This document shows, one piece after another, positions 26,411 through 29,982 of a stretch of 29,982 nt of DNA (positions are counted from its first letter, which is position 1; each line of letters begins with the position of its first letter). The DNA is from Verrucomicrobiota bacterium (lineage in GTDB: Bacteria; Verrucomicrobiota; Verrucomicrobiia; Limisphaerales; Palsa-1400), in NCBI GenBank assembly GCA_049510745.1, contig JBEKYR010000055.1, positions 1 to 29,982 on the forward strand, read 5' to 3'. A program made the translations under genes and the position numbers. The notes beneath the pieces were generated by a model. That model was not told the DNA's origin. It saw only the letters and a list, made by a program, of their open reading frames with translations, and searched no databases.

Positions 26411-28705
26411 ATGAGACAAACCTGGCCCCTGACACTGATGGCGCTGTTCCTGGCGTTCGCGGCGGCGTGTCCAGCGCAGCAGGCGGAGCCGTGGCACATC
26501 AACGGCCTGGACAGCCAAAGCCAGTTTGAATCGCGCGACAACACCAACTTTTTCAGCCACGGCGTCATGGTCAGCAATGAAACGACGCTGATCACGGCGG
26601 AGCAGGCGGCGGCCACGGACCTGACCGGCGAGGTCGTGGCTGAGGGTGATGTGACGATTCTGGACCACGGCCATATCTGGCGCGGGACCAATTTCATTTA
26701 CAATTTCAAGACGGGCGACGTGCGGGCGGGTTCGTTCAAAACGGGCCAAATGCCCTTCTCCGTTTCCGGCGAACATCTCACCGGCAACAGCAACCGGGTC
26801 TATACGGCGACCAACGCCGCGATCACGACCGACGATTATGAGCGGTCCGCTTACAGGATCCGGGCGCGGCAGATCACCATCGTGCCCGGCGACTATTTCG
26901 AGGCCCATCAGGCGACGTTTTATATCGGGAAAACGCCCGTTTTTTACTGGCCTTATTACAAGCGGAAACTGGGGCAACACCCCAACAACTGGCAATTCGC
27001 CCCCGGCTATCGCAGCATGTTCGGACCGTATTTACTAAGCGCCTACAATTGGTACGGCACCGGCCTGCTCGATGGCACGATTCATTTTGATGAACGCGAA
27101 AGACGCGGCCTGGCCGGCGGGCCGGACCTGTGGCTCCACGGAGGCGACTGGGGCGAGGCGGCGTTCCGCTATTATTTCGCGCGCGATCAGGACCCCGGGG
27201 CGGATGGCATCGCCGCACCGCACCTGAAGGAAGACCGGCAGCGGATGAGTTTTTATTACGAGGACCGCCTCGGCTCCAACGCCACGGCCAAAGTGGTGGC
27301 CAACTATCAAAGCGATCCGCTGGTCATCCGTGATTTCTACTTGGAGGAGTACAACGCCAATGTGGAGCCGGCTTCCTTCGCCGAGGCGACGCAACTGCGG
27401 CCCAATTGGGTCTTGGACGGCATGGCCCAGCCGCGCCTGGTCAATTTCTTTGAAACGGTCGAGCGCCTGCCGGATGTCAAATTGACCGGCCTGCGCCAGG
27501 AGGTCGGCGTGACGCCCGTGTATTACGAAAGCGAAAGCTCGGTCGGATATTACGAGCGGGCTTTTTCAAATACCAACTCCCCCTCGCCTTTCACCAACAT
27601 CACCCTGGCCCCCGACGGACTGGGCTATTTCGTCACCCGCGGTTGGACGACCAACCCGGCCAATTACACCGCCGCGCGGGCGGACACTTTCCATCAATTC
27701 ACCTTGCCGGAGACCTTCTTTGGCTGGCTCAACATCACTCCGCGCATGGGCGGCCGGGCGACCTATTACAGCGATGTCAACGGCCCGCAAGTCCACACCA
27801 ACCAACAGGCGCGCGGCGTGTTCAACACGGGAGTGGATGTCTCGTTCAAGGCCGCGCGGGTGTTCCGCGACGCGGAGAATTCGCTGCTGGACGTGCATGA
27901 ACTGCGCCACATCATCGAGCCGGACATCGACTACGGTTATGTGCCCGCGCCGACGCGCTCGGCGTCGCAACTTCCGCAATTCGATTACCAGCAGCCCAGC
28001 CTGCGGCAGTTGCCCCTGGAATATCCGGGATACAATTCCATCGACTCGATCGGCAGCCAGAATGTCCTGCGCCTGATGCTGCGGAACAAACTGCAAACCA
28101 AGCGGCAGGATGGGCTCGAGGACCTGGTCAATTGGGCGGTCTATACCGATTGGAACCTCAGCCCCGGCACCAATCACGCCTTTACCGATTTTTATTCCGA
28201 CCTGGACCTGCGCCCGCGCTCGTGGCTGACGTTCAATTCCTCGACGCGCTACGATCTGGCCGACTCGCGATGGCGCGAGGCGATCGAGCGCATCTTTGTG
28301 CAGCCGACCACCGCCTGGAGCCTGTCGCTGGGCTATTATTACCTGATGAACAACGACCCCGAATTTCAGAGTTACCCCGGACAGAACGTGCCGGGCAACA
28401 ATCTGATCGACTTCAGCCTCTATTATCGAATGAACGAGAATTGGGGGGCGCGCATCACCGAGCGGTTTGAAGCGCAAAACGGAACCATGCAGGAGCAGAT
28501 TTATTCCATTTACCGCGATCTCAGAAGCTGGACCTCGGCCTTGACCGTGCGCCTGAACCAGGGACCGGGCCAGCCGACCGATTTCACCATTGCCATCACC
28601 TTCTCCCTCAAAGCCGACCCGCGCTACCGCTTGAACTCGGACAACAACCGGCCCAGCTTGCTGATGAGCAGCGCCACGCCGGCGGATTTGAGGAGTCAGT
28701 ACTAG
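26411..28705 (+). CDS. lptD: LPS assembly outer-membrane protein LptD-like (OstA domain plus beta-barrel)
   Basis: Signal peptide; VVAEGDVTI, YNFKTG, YRIRARQITI, GKTPVFYWPY, ERLPDV, LRHIIEP, LRNKLQTKR, YRDLRSW. Confidence 0.8.
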   Translation: MRQTWPLTLMALFLAFAAACPAQQAEPWHINGLDSQSQFESRDNTNFFSHGVMVSNETTLITAEQAAATDLTGEVVAEGDVTILDHGHIWRGTNFIYNFKTGDVRAGSFKTGQMPFSVSGEHLTGNSNRVYTATNAAITTDDYERSAYRIRARQITIVPGDYFEAHQATFYIGKTPVFYWPYYKRKLGQHPNNWQFAPGYRSMFGPYLLSAYNWYGTGLLDGTIHFDERERRGLAGGPDLWLHGGDWGEAAFRYYFARDQDPGADGIAAPHLKEDRQRMSFYYEDRLGSNATAKVVANYQSDPLVIRDFYLEEYNANVEPASFAEATQLRPNWVLDGMAQPRLVNFFETVERLPDVKLTGLRQEVGVTPVYYESESSVGYYERAFSNTNSPSPFTNITLAPDGLGYFVTRGWTTNPANYTAARADTFHQFTLPETFFGWLNITPRMGGRATYYSDVNGPQVHTNQQARGVFNTGVDVSFKAARVFRDAENSLLDVHELRHIIEPDIDYGYVPAPTRSASQLPQFDYQQPSLRQLPLEYPGYNSIDSIGSQNVLRLMLRNKLQTKRQDGLEDLVNWAVYTDWNLSPGTNHAFTDFYSDLDLRPRSWLTFNSSTRYDLADSRWREAIERIFVQPTTAWSLSLGYYYLMNNDPEFQSYPGQNVPGNNLIDFSLYYRMNENWGARITERFEAQNGTMQEQIYSIYRDLRSWTSALTVRLNQGPGQPTDFTIAITFSLKADPRYRLNSDNNRPSLLMSSATPADLRSQY

Positions 28706-29022
28706 CGCGCTTGGAGCAGGACCTGGAATCGCTCCCCGAGATGTTCGGGGTGGGTCAGCGTCTGAAACTGCCGGACGTTTTTCTGGTTCGATAACCAAAC
28801 CGCCCGGCAAGACTGCGGGCAGCACGCCCGGTGAAGAAGGCGCGTTCAGGGTTGCCGGACACGGCCGGACGGCTATGATGACGATTACGACTGCTGCGGA
28901 AATCGAGCGCGCGGCAAGTGCTTCGCCGTCTCCGCCTGGTCCGCACTCGACGGTCTGGGCGGCCCGTGCTATCAGTTTCAAGCGACCAAAGATCCGTTCG
29001 TTCGGAAATAGGCCGCAGATAT

Positions 29023-29748
29023 ATGAAGATGACAAAACTGATTGCATTTTCAGTGGGATCGGCGTTCGCTGCTCTCTCAGTTCAAGGGCAAGGCACGTTT
29101 CAAAATCTCGATTTCGAGTCGGCGACGCCTTCGACACCTATCTTGGGTCCACTTGGTGCGTATTACCAGCCCGCAGGGCTTGCGTTGCCTGGCTGGACCG
29201 CCTATCTCGGCACCGTTCAGCAGACACAAGTTCTGCAAAATGTTTATACGCTCGGTGATGCCAGCATTGATATCTTCGGCCCAAACTATCCCGCCGCAGG
29301 TCCCCTTCCAGGCCTGATCCCCGGAACCATCGATGGAAATTATAGTGTCCTGCTTCAGTCAGGCGGCGTGCCCCCAGGTTCACTCGTGGGTGCCTCTATT
29401 GCGCAGACTGGCTTTGTTCCGCTTGGGTCTCAATCTTTGGAATTCCGGGCGTGGCAAACACCGTTCACAGACTTTTCGGTTTCATTCAGTGGCAATTCGC
29501 TCTCCCCGGTTGTGATTGGCAGTGGCGCGAACTATCTCCTGTATGGCGCGGACATTTCCGCGTATGCCGGCCAAAGCGGACAACTGGAATTCACCGCGGA
29601 TTTCAGCGGAAGAGGCGCAAGCTGGCTCGGACTGGACGACATTGCATTTTCTCCGACGGCGGTTCCTGAACCGAGTCCGCTCGCTTTGGCGGGACTTGGA
29701 GGTCTCCTGTTTGCGCTGTCCCGCCGCTTTGCGCCCAAGCGCCAATGA
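29023..29748 (+). CDS. PEP-CTERM sorting-signal protein (241 aa)
   Basis: Signal peptide, QGTFQNLDFES, and C-terminal VPEPSPLALAGLGGLLFALSRR (PEP, TM, basic tail). Confidence 0.92.
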   Translation: MKMTKLIAFSVGSAFAALSVQGQGTFQNLDFESATPSTPILGPLGAYYQPAGLALPGWTAYLGTVQQTQVLQNVYTLGDASIDIFGPNYPAAGPLPGLIPGTIDGNYSVLLQSGGVPPGSLVGASIAQTGFVPLGSQSLEFRAWQTPFTDFSVSFSGNSLSPVVIGSGANYLLYGADISAYAGQSGQLEFTADFSGRGASWLGLDDIAFSPTAVPEPSPLALAGLGGLLFALSRRFAPKRQ

Positions 29749-29852
29749 AATTGCAAATCGCCATCGTTCTTCTCGCAGTGATGTCCGCTCAGGCCCAAGG
29801 CAAATTTCAAAACCTTGATTTTGAACCAGCAGAGCCAAGTAAGGTAATTTAA
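29745..29852 (+). pseudogene. Truncated 5' fragment of a second PEP-CTERM paralog (35 aa; below the ORF-track cutoff)
   Basis: MKLQIAIVLLAVMSAQAQGKFQNLDFEPAEPSKVI*: signal peptide plus QGKFQNLDFE matching QGTFQNLDFE of the upstream gene; ATGA coupled. Confidence 0.8.
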
Positions 29853-29858
29853 GGCAGT

Positions 29859-29881
29859 TTAACCCGAATGGCACTTAGTTA
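29859..29881 (+). repeat. Right copy of the putative tyrosine-recombinase core site (TTAACCCGAA-TGGCAC-TTAGTTA)
   Basis: Inverted match to 100-122 (22/23, 20 contiguous). Confidence 0.6.
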
Positions 29882-29982
29882 AGAGCACGGTAATTGCGTG
29901 GGTTTGAAGTCCAATAGCGATTGCGATGGAAGGACTCTTGGAAGAGCCGTCTAGGTTTGGTGAGCCAGCCGAAGTTTTTTGG

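Noticed and set aside
28706..29020. Riboswitch or ncRNA between lptD and the PEP-CTERM gene
   Set aside because: Only short GC hairpins (e.g. CCCCGA...TCGGGG) are visible, and I recognise no family consensus; an Rfam search would be needed.

Overview
GC-rich bacterial chromosomal segment; the gene content and repeat styles (PEP-CTERM protein, GH95/SGNH enzymes, periodic hairpins) suggest Verrucomicrobiota, but this is inference. From left to right it holds: a ~1.2 kb non-coding repeat stack; a PD-(D/E)XK nuclease-DinG/XPD helicase fusion; a three-gene two-component cluster; a GH95 fucosidase; an antitoxin-MazF pair followed by ThpR (2H phosphoesterase); an SGNH hydrolase; a translationally coupled pair of STAND-like P-loop NTPases; an alpha/beta hydrolase; a MacAB-like ABC exporter operon; hemB; a REPIN; DUF4230; a TlpA-type redoxin; an LptD-like protein; and a PEP-CTERM gene followed by a truncated paralog. 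The best candidate for an undescribed system is the NTPase pair (13706-17415). One member has canonical motifs; the other has a degenerate Walker B, a wHTH and recently expanded TPRs. The pair has no recognisable effector and sits behind a phased triple operator. Also notable are a 20-bp perfect inverted repeat with dif-like (tyrosine recombinase) architecture about 100 bp from each window end, and nested miniature hairpin cassettes at 308-827. All calls come from reading the sequence and translations by eye; no database searches were run.
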